From IMG/VR virus record IMGVR_UViG_3300025432_000001, positions 1 through 53,403 of that record: a stretch of 53,403 bases of DNA, one strand, 5' to 3'. The translations under genes were made by a program, and so were the position numbers. The notes under the pieces are model-generated. The model saw only the letters and a list, made by a program, of their open reading frames with translations. It ran no database searches and was not told the origin of the DNA. Origin of the DNA: a virus. Lineage: Duplodnaviria > Caudoviricetes. Position 1 is the stretch's first letter. Each line of letters opens with the position of its first letter. This document shows, one piece after another, positions 17,256 to 24,354 of the stretch.

Positions 17256-17497
17256 TCGAGCATCCCCAAGGCGTGCATGTAGGTTTCGAGGACGGCTTCC
17301 TCTTCCCTACGCTCATTGATGTCCTGGCCGCGCAGCCGCACCACCGTCCGCAGCGCCTTGGCGTTGAAGCCGTTGCCCTTGGCCTCGCGGTAGATGTCGG
17401 CAATGTCGTCACCGATCGCCTTCTTCTCCTCCTGCATGCGCTCGATGCGCTCGACGAAGGCTTTCAGGTGATCTTTGGCGAAGGTAGGGGCATCCAT
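17252..17497 (-). CDS. gapR: GapR/DUF2312 nucleoid-associated protein
   Basis: [34 protein letters not shown]...[10 protein letters not shown] is the family consensus. Confidence 0.95.
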   Translation of the reverse strand: MDAPTFAKDHLKAFVERIERMQEEKKAIGDDIADIYREAKGNGFNAKALRTVVRLRGQDINERREEEAVLETYMHALGMLE

Positions 17498-17721
17498 CAG
17501 AACAGCCCCTCGATCGCGGCGAGCAGGCTCTGCACCGTCGGCGGCGGCCCGAAGGTGACGGTGGCGAGCGCGAAGACGATGGCCAGCGCCAGCGCGGTTG
17601 CGACGAGCGCTATCGCGATCGCATATGGCACGTCGCGCCAGCAGAATCCCCGATCATCCTCGCGCGCGCGCGCGAGGGGCTCGCGGTCTGATAGATGCCC
17701 AAGCCCGAAATACTGCCCCAT
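17497..17721 (-). CDS. Small membrane protein
   Basis: Single long hydrophobic helix; coupled to gapR. Confidence 0.6.
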   Translation of the reverse strand: MGQYFGLGHLSDREPLARAREDDRGFCWRDVPYAIAIALVATALALAIVFALATVTFGPPPTVQSLLAAIEGLF

Positions 17722-17766
17722 GGCGTTGCCCGTTGCGAAGCTGAAAAATCACGCGCGGAACGCCAC

Positions 17767-17775
17767 TTATCCACA
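17767..17775 (+). promoter_or_regulatory. Perfect DnaA-box consensus TTATCCACA in an intergenic region
   Basis: Exact 9-mer between divergent ORFs; function unproven. Confidence 0.35.
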
Positions 17776-17817
17776 ACCGCACTTCACGACTCGGGACGTA
17801 TCCGGCTAAGCCGGCAC

Positions 17818-18111
17818 ATGGCCCGGCTGCAAGCGACCGGCATTCCTTGGTATCGCCCGCAGGATTACTCGCGCATTCTCGCGATCATGGAGGATGCCCA
17901 CCTGCTCCCGCCCACCTATGAGATTTGGCGCGAAAAGGCCGAGCGCCTCGAGCGCGACATCAAGCGCAGCGGACAGGTCGTCGTTCGCGCCGTAATCGAT
18001 CCGGAGGAGTTCCTCGTCTTCTGCGCCGCTCGCCATCTGCACGTCGACGCCAAGGCACGCGTCGCGTTTGCCAATCAGGCCACCCTCCGCGCCGTCGCAA
18101 AGCCGGACTGA
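17818..18111 (+). CDS. Conserved hypothetical protein, antisense to the early operon
   Basis: GIPWYRPQDY...LPPTYEIWREKAE...VIDPEEF...DAKARVAFAN; good codon pattern. Confidence 0.75.
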   Translation: MARLQATGIPWYRPQDYSRILAIMEDAHLLPPTYEIWREKAERLERDIKRSGQVVVRAVIDPEEFLVFCAARHLHVDAKARVAFANQATLRAVAKPD

Positions 18112-18264
18112 GATCGCCAACGCCGTTCCGTCCATCGACTTCTCCACATTCGTCCACAGGCTAAGCCGCGGACCGGATTCGACTCTCCCGCCGGCGCCGC
18201 GCACGATGCCGGCGCGGCGAAACTCGAAGGCCCCGGAGGGCTACGCAAACCGAACAGAAAAGAC

Positions 18265-18528
18265 CTACGCGGCGCGCGACTTCGCGGCCTTCCCATGCGC
18301 TGATGCGCTCCCGGGCTTGGCAAAAAAATCGGCGAGACGCAGCGCAATGCCGCGCTCCTTGGCGTGCTCAAGCAGCGGCCGAATATGCCGCTGCGGAATT
18401 TCGCCCCCTGTTCCTCCCGACGCGCGCGACCGCTGCCAGCTGGAGACGCGCGTCCGGTGAAGGTTGAGCAACGCGGCGACCGCCGAAGGACCGCCGAGCT
18501 TCTTGATGATCCTCTGTGCTGGTTCCAT
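18265..18528 (-). CDS. cro: Cro-like HTH repressor
   Basis: IIKKLGGPSAVAALL...VSSWQR...GGTGGEIP; divergent from cI. Confidence 0.85.
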   Translation of the reverse strand: MEPAQRIIKKLGGPSAVAALLNLHRTRVSSWQRSRASGGTGGEIPQRHIRPLLEHAKERGIALRLADFFAKPGSASAHGKAAKSRAA

Positions 18529-18541
18529 GCGGGCCGGCACT

Positions 18542-18616
18542 GTAGCGATTTTCGCTACCAAGGCAAGCCCTCCCGTTGCGATTTACGCCACAGACGGACG
18601 TAGCGCTTAACGCTAC
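18542..18616. promoter_or_regulatory. OR-like operator cluster: three 17-bp GTAGCG-N5-CGCTAC-type sites (18542, 18575, 18600)
   Basis: GTAGCGATTTTCGCTAC, GTTGCGATTTACGCCAC and GTAGCGCTTAACGCTAC. A minus-strand TTGCCT-N16-TACAGT promoter overlaps the first site. Confidence 0.88.
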
Positions 18617-18623
18617 GCTTGCT

Positions 18624-19241
18624 ATGATGTCCGCAAATGCACTTTCCCGGTGGGTGACACAGGCGCTCGCTCATGCCGGAAATATGGGCCAATCCGAGCT
18701 TTCCCGGCGTGTGCATAGGAAACTGCGCCGCGTCGACGAAGACCGCTCCATCATCAATAAGGTGATCAAAGGAAAGCGGGAACTGAGCGGGCTGGAGATG
18801 CTCGCGGTGGAAGAGATTACCGGCTTTCCGGCGCCGACTCGATCGTCAGAGCGAATCACCCTGGTACCTCTCATATCCTGGGTGAGCGCGGGCTCCCTCG
18901 CCGATGCCAGCACCCAAGTGCCCGTCGAGGATGTGCCACTGCTCGCATTCGCCGACCTCGGAAGAGGCAATTTCTTCGCGCTGCGCGTGGAAGGCGATTC
19001 AATGAACCGGGTTTCTCCGGATCAGTCGGTCATCATTGTGAACCGACACGATCGGGAGCTGCATCCCGATCGCTTCTATGTGTTTGCGGTCCGCGGCGAG
19101 ACGACTTACAAACGCTGGCATGCATCGCCGCCTTATCTCGCGCCGTGTTCGACCAACCCGATGCACGAGCCAATCTTTCTCAATCGCAGCAAGGATGCTG
19201 AGGTGATTGGCCGGGTTCGCCGCAGCGTGCTCGATTTGTAG
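18624..19241 (+). CDS. cI: CI-like repressor (HTH plus S24 peptidase)
   Basis: N-terminal HTH, VSAG cleavage site, VEGDSM Ser, TYKR Lys and VIGRV terminus. Confidence 0.93.
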   Translation: MMSANALSRWVTQALAHAGNMGQSELSRRVHRKLRRVDEDRSIINKVIKGKRELSGLEMLAVEEITGFPAPTRSSERITLVPLISWVSAGSLADASTQVPVEDVPLLAFADLGRGNFFALRVEGDSMNRVSPDQSVIIVNRHDRELHPDRFYVFAVRGETTYKRWHASPPYLAPCSTNPMHEPIFLNRSKDAEVIGRVRRSVLDL

Positions 19242-19251
19242 GAGGAGAGAG

Positions 19252-19587
19252 ATGTGGAAAACCGTTGCCACCGTATGCTGCCTGGCGGGTTGCGGCTTTG
19301 CCGTCAGCTGGCCAGCACAATCGCAACCGGTCACCTTTGAAATAATTGGCCGTGTGCCCGGCTGCCACGATGCTGAACTCTTTGACAAGATTACAACTTT
19401 CATGGCCCAGAAGGATTTCGAAGCCGCAAATAAATTGTTTTTTCTGGCCCTGGCGTCTGGCAATTGCCGATGGCTGGAGGCCGGCCAACGCGTGGTCATC
19501 CAAGAAAGTCATTTTTTCGGCCACCATTGCGTTCGCATCCCTGGCGAAACGGAATGCTGGTACACGCTCAATGGCGCCATTAAGTAG
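19252..19587 (+). CDS. Exported Cys-containing protein co-transcribed with cI (superinfection-exclusion candidate)
   Basis: GGAGGAG RBS, signal-peptide-like N-terminus, lower GC. Confidence 0.65.
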   Translation: MWKTVATVCCLAGCGFAVSWPAQSQPVTFEIIGRVPGCHDAELFDKITTFMAQKDFEAANKLFFLALASGNCRWLEAGQRVVIQESHFFGHHCVRIPGETECWYTLNGAIK

Positions 19588-19590
19588 CGT

Positions 19591-19642
19591 GTAGCGAAAT
19601 TCACTACGTCACACTTGACGCCGTAGCGCTAATCGCTACAGT
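19591..19642 (+). promoter_or_regulatory. OL/PL-like region: operators at 19591-19607 and 19623-19639, promoter TTGACG-N16-TACAGT
   Basis: GTAGCGAAATTCACTAC and GTAGCGCTAATCGCTAC match the OR sites; same promoter architecture as the cro promoter. Confidence 0.88.
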
Positions 19643-19683
19643 AGCCCCCATCGCCCGATTCCCCGGGCGCATGGGAGAGCGCG

Positions 19684-20091
19684 GTGGCGTCGAGCGGGCA
19701 AGCCGAGAGTGATCAGGCGCGGATCGACGCTCTGGCCGATCAGGCGCGCCGCAATGTGCTGGCCGAATTGCCGCGCGATCGCGAAGCCGAACTGCCGCGC
19801 AAGCGCGCCGAGCCATCGTACGCCGGCGCCAGGCCGGTGCTCACGCGCATGCTGCCGGCCGGCCGCACCAATCCCGACGGCACCATGATGCTGTCGTTCG
19901 AGGACCCCGACGGCTGGATCTTCACGTTCCGCCTGCCGGTCGGGGAAATCCGCACCATGACGCGGTGCCTCGGCCAGGCACTCGAAGCCTACGACCGCGC
20001 CCGGCGCCAAGCGGAAAGCTCTTCGGGCACGCCGAGCAATGACGGATCGCCGACTGACGGCCAGGTGCAGGTGCCGGACCCCAACGCATAG
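19684..20091 (+). CDS. Hypothetical protein, first gene of the PL-like operon
   Basis: GGGAGAG RBS and GTG start right after the promoter. Confidence 0.6.
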   Translation: MASSGQAESDQARIDALADQARRNVLAELPRDREAELPRKRAEPSYAGARPVLTRMLPAGRTNPDGTMMLSFEDPDGWIFTFRLPVGEIRTMTRCLGQALEAYDRARRQAESSSGTPSNDGSPTDGQVQVPDPNA

Positions 20092-20210
20092 GCGCACGCT
20101 TGAGGACTTTCATGCGACTCCAGGGCCTCGTCTTCGAAAAAGCAGACATAGCGGCCGTCCTCGCGCCGCCGGATCGAAAACGTCCCGTACGAGGTTTCGT
20201 AAAACCACAT
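19989..20210 (-). CDS. Hypothetical protein (MWFYETSYGTFSI...), antisense moron
   Basis: GGAGAGG RBS; globular-looking 73 aa; overlaps the 3' end of the plus-strand ORF. Confidence 0.6.
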   Translation of the reverse strand: MWFYETSYGTFSIRRREDGRYVCFFEDEALESHESPQACAYALGSGTCTWPSVGDPSLLGVPEELSAWRRARS

Positions 20211-20316
20211 CGCAAATCCCTCTCCATCGTCAGCTTTCCAGAGCTCGGGCGATGGAAGCGCGAGTCGGCTGGCTTCGGCCAGCCGGCTCGCGCGCCTTTT
20301 CTGATGGAGCGCGGCC

Positions 20317-20940
20317 ATGAGTGAGCGCATCGACCAAATCGTCGCCACGCTCGCCGCCGCTGAGCCCGATGGCCTCACCAGCGCCGAGGTCGCCGCGCGC
20401 CTCAATATGACGTCCTACAACGCCTCGGGAACGCTATCGAAGCTGGCGGCCTACGGCAAAATCGCCTCTGAGAAGATCGATCGCCAGCGTTATCGCTGGA
20501 AGCTCAAGCCGATGCCACAGCCGCAGCGCGTTGCCCCATTGGCGAAGCCCGGTGAGCTGCTCAAACGCATCGACGGCGTCGCGCCGCAGCCATTGCCGCG
20601 TGAGGCGAGCGATCCGGCCTATCTGGCGATAATCCGCCAATTGCCCTGCCTCAAGTGCGGCATGGATCCATGCGGCGAAGCTGCTCACGTGCGCATGCAA
20701 TCCGGCGCCCACGGCAAGCACAGTGGCATAGGGAGAAAACCAGATGATCGTTGGGCCGCGCCGCTGTGCGCCTGCTGCCATCGCGAGGACCGCGATTCGC
20801 AGCACCGCATCGGCGAACTCGCCTTCTGGCATCGGCTCGGCAGCAATCCGCTGCTGATCTGCGAGCGGCTCTACGCCGCGCGCAGCGACCTGGTGCGCAT
20901 GCGCGCCATCGCACTCACGGCCATTGCGGAGCGCCAGTGA
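20317..20940 (+). CDS. Winged-HTH plus DUF968/HNH-like nuclease
   Basis: AYLAIIRQLPCLKCG...AAHVR...KPDDRWAAPLC..CH...QH..GE..FW motif. Confidence 0.8.
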   Translation: MSERIDQIVATLAAAEPDGLTSAEVAARLNMTSYNASGTLSKLAAYGKIASEKIDRQRYRWKLKPMPQPQRVAPLAKPGELLKRIDGVAPQPLPREASDPAYLAIIRQLPCLKCGMDPCGEAAHVRMQSGAHGKHSGIGRKPDDRWAAPLCACCHREDRDSQHRIGELAFWHRLGSNPLLICERLYAARSDLVRMRAIALTAIAERQ

Positions 20941-21149
20941 TGATCTGGCACACATTCCACTGCCCGCATTGCGGCCTCGTCGTCGATTTTATGGACGAAC
21001 CGCCAAACGAACCACCGTGCGAGGAATGCGGAGCCATCCTCGATCCAGACGAGTTCGAACCCGGCGACGATTTGCTCGACATTCCCGAATTTTTGCAGCG
21101 GTCGTTTGATCTGCCGGCATTTCTGCCGAAATGGAGCCGTGAACCGTGA
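20940..21149 (+). CDS. Zn-ribbon protein with FtsZ C-terminal-peptide-like motifs
   Basis: CPHC...CEEC followed by DDLLDIPEFLQR and FDLPAFL. Confidence 0.7.
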   Translation: MIWHTFHCPHCGLVVDFMDEPPNEPPCEECGAILDPDEFEPGDDLLDIPEFLQRSFDLPAFLPKWSREP

Positions 21150-21294
21150 GTCCGCTAAAGAGCTTTGGGATTGCCGTGCCGCCTCGTCATGGCGCCATTA
21201 CGCCACCGCACGGCAGATCAGCTTCGCCGCCGCGGCGCGTGAGGTCATCGAGCGCGGTTTTTCAGCAAAGTCCAACGAGGGAGTAGCATCATGA
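21139..21294 (+). CDS. Small hypothetical protein
   Basis: GGAG RBS, GTG start, ATGA overlap with the next gene. Confidence 0.5.
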   Translation: MNRESAKELWDCRAASSWRHYATARQISFAAAAREVIERGFSAKSNEGVAS

Positions 21295-21707
21295 GCGACA
21301 GATCACCGGGTGCCGTCGATCGCGACGTCGGCCTGCGCGTTCACCAAGCGCGGCTGATGCGCGAGATCAGCCAGACCGACCTCGGCGCCGCGCTCGGCGT
21401 CAGTTTCCAGCAGGTGCAGAAGTACGAGAAGGGCACCAACCGCATCGGCTGTTCGCAGCTCGCCCGCATCGCAGCGACGCTAGATCGTCCGGTGGCGTGG
21501 TTTTTTGCCGGCACGCCGGCCGGGCGCGCCGCCAATTTTGGCGCGTCGCCCGATCCCTGTCAGCTGCTCGGTTGCACGCGCGACGGGCTTCGGCTCGCGA
21601 TCGCCTTCAACGCCATCGCCGATCGCACGACGCGCGGCGCGATCGTCGCCGTTGCTGAAACCACGGCGCACGCCTTGGCGCCGGCGGCACGCAGAAGGGC
21701 GCCTTAG
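21291..21707 (+). CDS. XRE-family HTH transcriptional regulator
   Basis: SQTDLGAALGVSFQQVQKYEKGTNRIG is the alphaproteobacterial XRE consensus. Confidence 0.93.
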   Translation: MSDRSPGAVDRDVGLRVHQARLMREISQTDLGAALGVSFQQVQKYEKGTNRIGCSQLARIAATLDRPVAWFFAGTPAGRAANFGASPDPCQLLGCTRDGLRLAIAFNAIADRTTRGAIVAVAETTAHALAPAARRRAP

Positions 21708-21845
21708 ATGGGCGGCGTGCTCATCACGGTGGCGTTCGACGTCGTGCTCATCACGGCGGCGGCGCACGGCTCGGCGTTTAAGACGCTGCTGTTCGCCGGC
21801 CTGATGATCACCGCCATCGCGGCGCTGCTCGGGTCACAGCCGTGA
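21708..21845 (+). CDS. Small membrane protein (45 aa)
   Basis: Two hydrophobic segments; starts immediately after the XRE stop. Confidence 0.5.
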   Translation: MGGVLITVAFDVVLITAAAHGSAFKTLLFAGLMITAIAALLGSQP

Positions 21846-21853
21846 CCAAACAT

Positions 21854-21935
21854 GCGGGGGTAGCTCAGCAGCAGAGCGCCGCGGGTCTTCGTCCTCCCGC
21901 GGAGGTCGGCAGTGCAAGTCCGCCTCCCCGCTCCA
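21854..21935 (+). ncRNA. tRNA-like RNA / pseudo-tRNA with abnormal anticodon arm
   Basis: Acceptor GCGGGGG/TCCCCGC plus TCCA, D-arm GCTC/GAGC, anticodon arm CCGCGGG-N10-CCCGCGG, AGGTC variable region and T-arm GGCAG-TGCAAGT-CCGCC. Confidence 0.8.
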
Positions 21936-21954
21936 TCAGCCTGGGAGCGCGGCC

Positions 21955-22065
21955 GTGAGAAGACCGGAAATCACCCGCGCCGACGTCGTGTGGATCGTCG
22001 TCTGCATCCTGATTTTCGTCGGCGCCATCGTCTTCGCACATTTCATGATGCGGCTGGAGAACTAG
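21955..22065 (+). CDS. Small single-pass membrane peptide (36 aa)
   Basis: GGGAG RBS; VVWIVVCILIFVGAIVFAHF. Confidence 0.55.
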   Translation: MRRPEITRADVVWIVVCILIFVGAIVFAHFMMRLEN

Positions 22066-22067
22066 CG

Positions 22068-22385
22068 ATGACTATCATCTTCGGCGGCCGCCCCAACGGA
22101 TTGCGCATGTGCCGCGGCTGCGGCTGCGACGACAACCCCGCCTGCGTCGATGCGCGCGGCAATGCCTGCGCCTGGGTGCTACTCGATTTTACCATCGACG
22201 TCGCTGGGCCCGCGCCTCACTGCGACGGAAGCTATTGGCGGCCGCAGCTCGGGCAGCTCTCCGTTGAGCAGCTTCCGACCGGCGTCTGCAGCGCCTGCGC
22301 CGATCGCATCGGTTGGGATATGCGCGAGCTTGCCACGATGGGCATCGGCGATCTCGATCTCGGCGACGCAGAGGAAGCAGCATGA
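22068..22385 (+). CDS. Cys-rich hypothetical protein
   Basis: CRGCGCDDNPAC...CAWV...CSAC, a Zn-binding pattern common in phages. Confidence 0.75.
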   Translation: MTIIFGGRPNGLRMCRGCGCDDNPACVDARGNACAWVLLDFTIDVAGPAPHCDGSYWRPQLGQLSVEQLPTGVCSACADRIGWDMRELATMGIGDLDLGDAEEAA

Positions 22386-22549
22386 AGACCATCGGCTTTA
22401 ATCGCATGCGCTATCTGTCGTTTCGGTCGCAAAGTGACTTGGCGTTGGCCTGGGCGCGCGACATTGACGCCGGCGAAGCCGCCAAGCGTCCACTGCTGGA
22501 ACGTCTGTTTATCGTGATCCAATATTTTCAGCGGAAGGAAGCGGCGTGA
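22382..22549 (+). CDS. Small hypothetical protein
   Basis: Coupled overlaps on both sides. Confidence 0.55.
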   Translation: MKTIGFNRMRYLSFRSQSDLALAWARDIDAGEAAKRPLLERLFIVIQYFQRKEAA

Positions 22550-22905
22550 TGGCGACGGTCGCAACCCGCGTCGCATCGGGCGGTCAGATCGGGACGAAGC
22601 TGCGCCGCGTCGGCGACCGTGAGGGTTATCCGCACGGCGGCATCGGCCATTGGTGTCCGGCATGCCATGTGATGCACGTCTTCGCCGCCTGGAAATGGGA
22701 CGACAACGTCGCCGCGCCGACGTTCATCGGCTACCGCACCGTCGCCTGGGGCGACCAGGCGAACGCGCGCTTCAAGGGTTTCGGCGGCGGCATATGCCAC
22801 TACACGCTGATCGCCGGCATGCTCGAATTTTTTCCCGACAGCACGCACGCGCTGCGCGGTCGGAGCCTGCCGCTACCGGATCTTCCCGGCCACCTGGTCG
22901 ATTGA
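22546..22905 (+). CDS. Second DUF6527-like protein
   Basis: HWCPACHVMH...WKWDDNVAAPTF...ICHYTLIAGMLEFFPDSTHALRGRSLPLPD; paralogue of 11321-11653. Confidence 0.75.
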   Translation: MMATVATRVASGGQIGTKLRRVGDREGYPHGGIGHWCPACHVMHVFAAWKWDDNVAAPTFIGYRTVAWGDQANARFKGFGGGICHYTLIAGMLEFFPDSTHALRGRSLPLPDLPGHLVD

Positions 22906-22957
22906 AATTTTTTGTGCTGTGGCGTCCCGCGTCCGAGCAAACACCACGAGGAACGCC

Positions 22958-23227
22958 ATGGCTCATTCCATCGAAGCCCGAGTTCGCACCATCATCGCCG
23001 AAGCGATTGACGCGCCGCCCGAGTTCGTGCGGCCGGAAACCGCGCTGCGGCTCGGCGACCATGATATCGGCTGGCACGGGCTCTACGAGATCGCCGATCG
23101 CCTCGAGCGCGATTACGGCATCCACTTCGACCTCGGCGCCGCCGACATCTGGACCACCGTCACCGACGTCATCGTCGCCACCGAGCAGCTCGTCGCCACC
23201 AAGGCCGCGCAACGGAGCGCGGCATGA
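22958..23227 (+). CDS. Acyl-carrier-protein-like protein lacking the DSL serine
   Basis: SIEARVRTIIAEAI...VRPETAL...LYEIADRLERDYGIHF...AADIWTTVTDVI aligns with AcpP; the GADSL position reads DIGWH. Confidence 0.72.
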   Translation: MAHSIEARVRTIIAEAIDAPPEFVRPETALRLGDHDIGWHGLYEIADRLERDYGIHFDLGAADIWTTVTDVIVATEQLVATKAAQRSAA

Positions 23228-23628
23228 CCAGGCGCCCCAACCTCACCGCCGCCGAAAAGGAGTATGCGGCCGAGCGCCGCGAGCACGGCTGGTCGCACGA
23301 TCGCATCGCGAAGGTACTATGCTGCTCGCCTGGCGCCGTCGCGTGGCATTGTCTCGCGATGGGCGCCGACCCTCCCAACGCCAAGCCAATCAACAAGACG
23401 ATCAAGGGACCGCTCAGATATATGCGGAGCGGCAAGCCCGTGCGGCGCTTCACGGCGATCGACGATCAAGAGCTGCTCGCGCTCAGTCTCGCCGGCAAGA
23501 CGCATTCGCAGATCGGCCGGGCGATCGGGCGCCAGCCAAAGAGCATCCGCGGCCGATTGATGACGCTCGCGCGCCATGAGGCGCGCGCTGAGAAGGCGTT
23601 GCCCCTGTTGTCGCGGAGCGCGGCATGA
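23224..23628 (+). CDS. Tandem HTH protein (GcrA N-domain-like)
   Basis: Two HTH units: GWSHDRIAKVLCCSPGAV and FTAIDDQELL...GKTHSQIGRAIGRQPKSIRGRL. Confidence 0.65.
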   Translation: MTRRPNLTAAEKEYAAERREHGWSHDRIAKVLCCSPGAVAWHCLAMGADPPNAKPINKTIKGPLRYMRSGKPVRRFTAIDDQELLALSLAGKTHSQIGRAIGRQPKSIRGRLMTLARHEARAEKALPLLSRSAA

Positions 23629-23894
23629 AGGCCTCGGCGGCGGCCATGAAGACTTTCTCGCTCGCCCAGCAGATCGAGGAAGTCGACCGCGAGCTCGAGC
23701 TGCGCCGGCGCGTCTATCCGGGCCAGGTCCGCAGCGGCGCCATGCGCCAGTCGGTTGCCGACTATCACATGGCGCGCATGCAGGCGGTGTTGACGTCGCT
23801 GCGATGGCTGCAGGCGAATGAGACGGACGTCCGCGCCTTTGTGGTAGCCAAAAGGACGAAGACGGCCGCCGAGCCGGGAAGCGAGGCGGCATGA
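23625..23894 (+). CDS. Conserved phage hypothetical protein
   Basis: SLAQQIEEVDRELELRRRVYP...MQAVLTSL motif. Confidence 0.75.
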   Translation: MKASAAAMKTFSLAQQIEEVDRELELRRRVYPGQVRSGAMRQSVADYHMARMQAVLTSLRWLQANETDVRAFVVAKRTKTAAEPGSEAA

Positions 23895-24171
23895 CCCTTC
23901 GCCACAAAATTGCGGCCACACTCGCCCCGTTGTCACACACAAACGCTGAGACCCACTAGATGTTGACGGAAGTCGAGACGGTCGAACAAGAAGCCACACG
24001 TCGTTTCTCTTGGGCCTTTCCGCCAGAGAGTGACAAAGAGGACGAACGCCGCCGCGTAGAAGGCCGCAAGCCACGTTGCGGGGGCGATTGGGAGCCAACA
24101 AGACAGGCGTGCATTGAGGACGTAATCAGGATGCGACAGGCTAACCACAAACGGTAGGGCTGTGTGTCTAA

Positions 24172-24354
24172 ATGGCGGACGCTTTGAAAGCACACATCGC
24201 ACAATGTCCGGAGCATCCGATGGCGGCGATTATTAAATCGCTCCGGGCTGCCTCCCACGCATTGCGAAGCTATCAGTATGGCAATGCCTCGCCCGATCTT
24301 GCGGAGGAAATCGCTAACGATGCTGATGCCACCATCGCCAAGGTCAAGCCATGA
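24172..24354 (+). CDS. Hypothetical protein (possibly a 5'-truncated remnant)
   Basis: LKAHIAQCPEHPM motif; preceded by a lower-GC stretch (23900-24170) with no convincing gene. Confidence 0.5.
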   Translation: MADALKAHIAQCPEHPMAAIIKSLRAASHALRSYQYGNASPDLAEEIANDADATIAKVKP

